Below, piece by piece: positions 62,593 to 64,000 of a DNA stretch of 64,000 nucleotides. Every line of letters begins with the position of its first letter. Positions within the stretch are counted from its first letter, which is position 1. The DNA is from an uncultured Fibrobacterota bacterium (GTDB lineage Bacteria > Fibrobacterota > Chitinivibrionia > Chitinivibrionales > FEN-1185), in NCBI GenBank assembly GCA_963753345.1, contig CAVWBU010000032.1, positions 164,179 to 228,178 on the forward strand, in the 5' to 3' direction. The translations under genes and the position numbers were made by a program. Under the pieces are notes generated by a model that saw only the letters and a list, made by a program, of their open reading frames with translations, was not told the origin of the DNA and made no database searches.

Positions 62593-64000
62593 ATGGACAT
62601 GTTGCCTAATAACGACGATTCACTTAACGATCTTTCAAAAACAGGTTGTTCCGCCTGACGGTCTTCTCGTGCGTGCAGAGTCGAGGCTGTTTGAGCGGAT
62701 CGGGAGATTCGAGCGGGAACACAGTTCCGATGCAGCCCGCACAGCATTAGACGCCGCGCTTTTTCTGGAGCGCTGCGCGCCGGCTGGGCTGTGGAGCGGG
62801 TTGAGGAAAAGCTGTTTGTTCGCATTTCGCAGACAGACGGAATTGAGCCATGGGAACTGTATCTCAAAAGAGACAAAGACAGCGGCCAACCTTGACAAAA
62901 TGGAGGATCACGCTCTGCTGCTGCGCAGTCGCAGAAAGCGACGGCGGTTTCATTCCCGCTTCTGTTTGCCTCAACCGCTCTGGCTCTTGTGAAGCACCGA
63001 ACGGCCTCCTTCACTGCCCTCGCAGCGCTCCTTCTTGCCGCCGGCACGGCAAGCTGGCAATACTGGAGTGGGCATTACGCCCCTGTCACGACCGTTGTTT
63101 ACGTTTCATAATTGCGGCCCGCACATCAACGGTGCGGGAATCTCAAACGGTGAGTACGATTCCCGGCCGGGCGGGTGCTCCTCAGCAATACTGGGGGTAC
63201 GGTCATCGTGGAAAATGGTGCCTCGATAACGGTCACAAAAGCCAGGCAGAACCGCATGGAATATACTGTTGATTTTACGGAACAACCGGCCGGACCTGCG
63301 GCACGGGCGGTTTTTTCTGTCACCAAGAAAAGAGACGGCCAAACGTTTTCCGTTGCCACAAAAGATTATGCGATCAAGGTAGTGGGCACCGTGTTCAGGG
63401 TCAGCCCGGCGGCTTCGGGCCATATCACCACCGACGTTCTTGAAGGAACGGTTGCCATTGATGGGAATGGCATTGCAGTGACCCGGGTGTTCGCGCCCGG
63501 AAGATTCGTCTTTGTCCAGAAAGAGGCCAAGTATGCCTCAGCAGATTTTGATACGGCGCAAGAATCCGGGGACCATCCAACTTCGCCTGCGATACAGGAG
63601 CCGCGCAAAGCGGCTATCGCGCCGCGGCCCGCGAAAATTGCGGCTTTGCCACAGCCGGGGCCGCGCGATTCGCTTCTCGAAGCGGCGGTCCGTCTCGAAT
63701 CATCAGATTGGAAAAAAGCGGCGGAGTGCTATATCGCGGCACTTGCCCGCCCGGGCGCCTCCCGCTACGAGCGCGAGATTCGCGCTGTTTTCAATTGCAC
63801 GGCTCCGCGCGGATCACGACGCCTTCCCAGAATTAGTGCGATCCTCGTTCGACACGTACCTCAAGGAATTCCCGAACGGCAGCTTCGCCGGCGAATCGTA
63901 TTTGCGGCTGGCCGATCTCGAATACAGAACCGATCCCAAGCGCGCACTTGTCTGGTACGAAAAGTACCTTGGCGAATTTCCATCCACGCAAAACACGGCA
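62593..64000 (+). CDS. FecR-like anti-sigma factor with TPR-like C-terminus, frameshifted and 3'-partial
   Basis: Read by hand: FSVTKKRDGQTFSVAT..Y.IKVVGTVFRV, DVLEGTV, YLKEFPNGSF..E.YLRLA, YEKYL.EFP; directly after the ECF sigma gene. Confidence 0.7.

Overview
Bacterial window, most likely Fibrobacterota (Chitinivibrionia/Chitinispirillia-like), inferred from a TIGR02147-family gene and many secreted proteins with T9SS-like C-terminal tails. 1-9.9 kb: a copper/heavy-metal cluster (YHS protein, DUF302, CusC/B/A-type RND pump, secreted YHS-HMBD protein, P1B ATPase). 10-22.5 kb: high-GC core genes (bS22-like peptide, RecD2, Gfo/Idh/MocA, STAS-PEGA protein, tRNA-Arg, tRNA-Phe), several hairpin repeats and a small low-GC islet. 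About 22.5-60 kb: a mosaic genomic island at tRNA-Phe with an integrase, an excisionase-like HTH and an SplB-like radical SAM gene. It also holds two orphan tRNA 3'-half att sites (Arg-ACG, Lys-CTT) that share one arm/phased-repeat layout, and four families of dispersed repeats that bracket cargo blocks. Cargo includes an FGE/CLec gene whose 3' end looks like a diversity-generating retroelement (DGR) variable region with a downstream hairpin, PorU and GH9 fragments, a TIGR02147-led secreted-enzyme cluster, katG, an IS5 that truncates a TIR gene coupled to a membrane protein, and RmuC. The window ends in an ECF sigma/FecR pair. Frameshifts in cusA, copA, GH10, sigma and FecR are probably sequencing indels. 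All family calls come from motif recognition by eye, not database searches.
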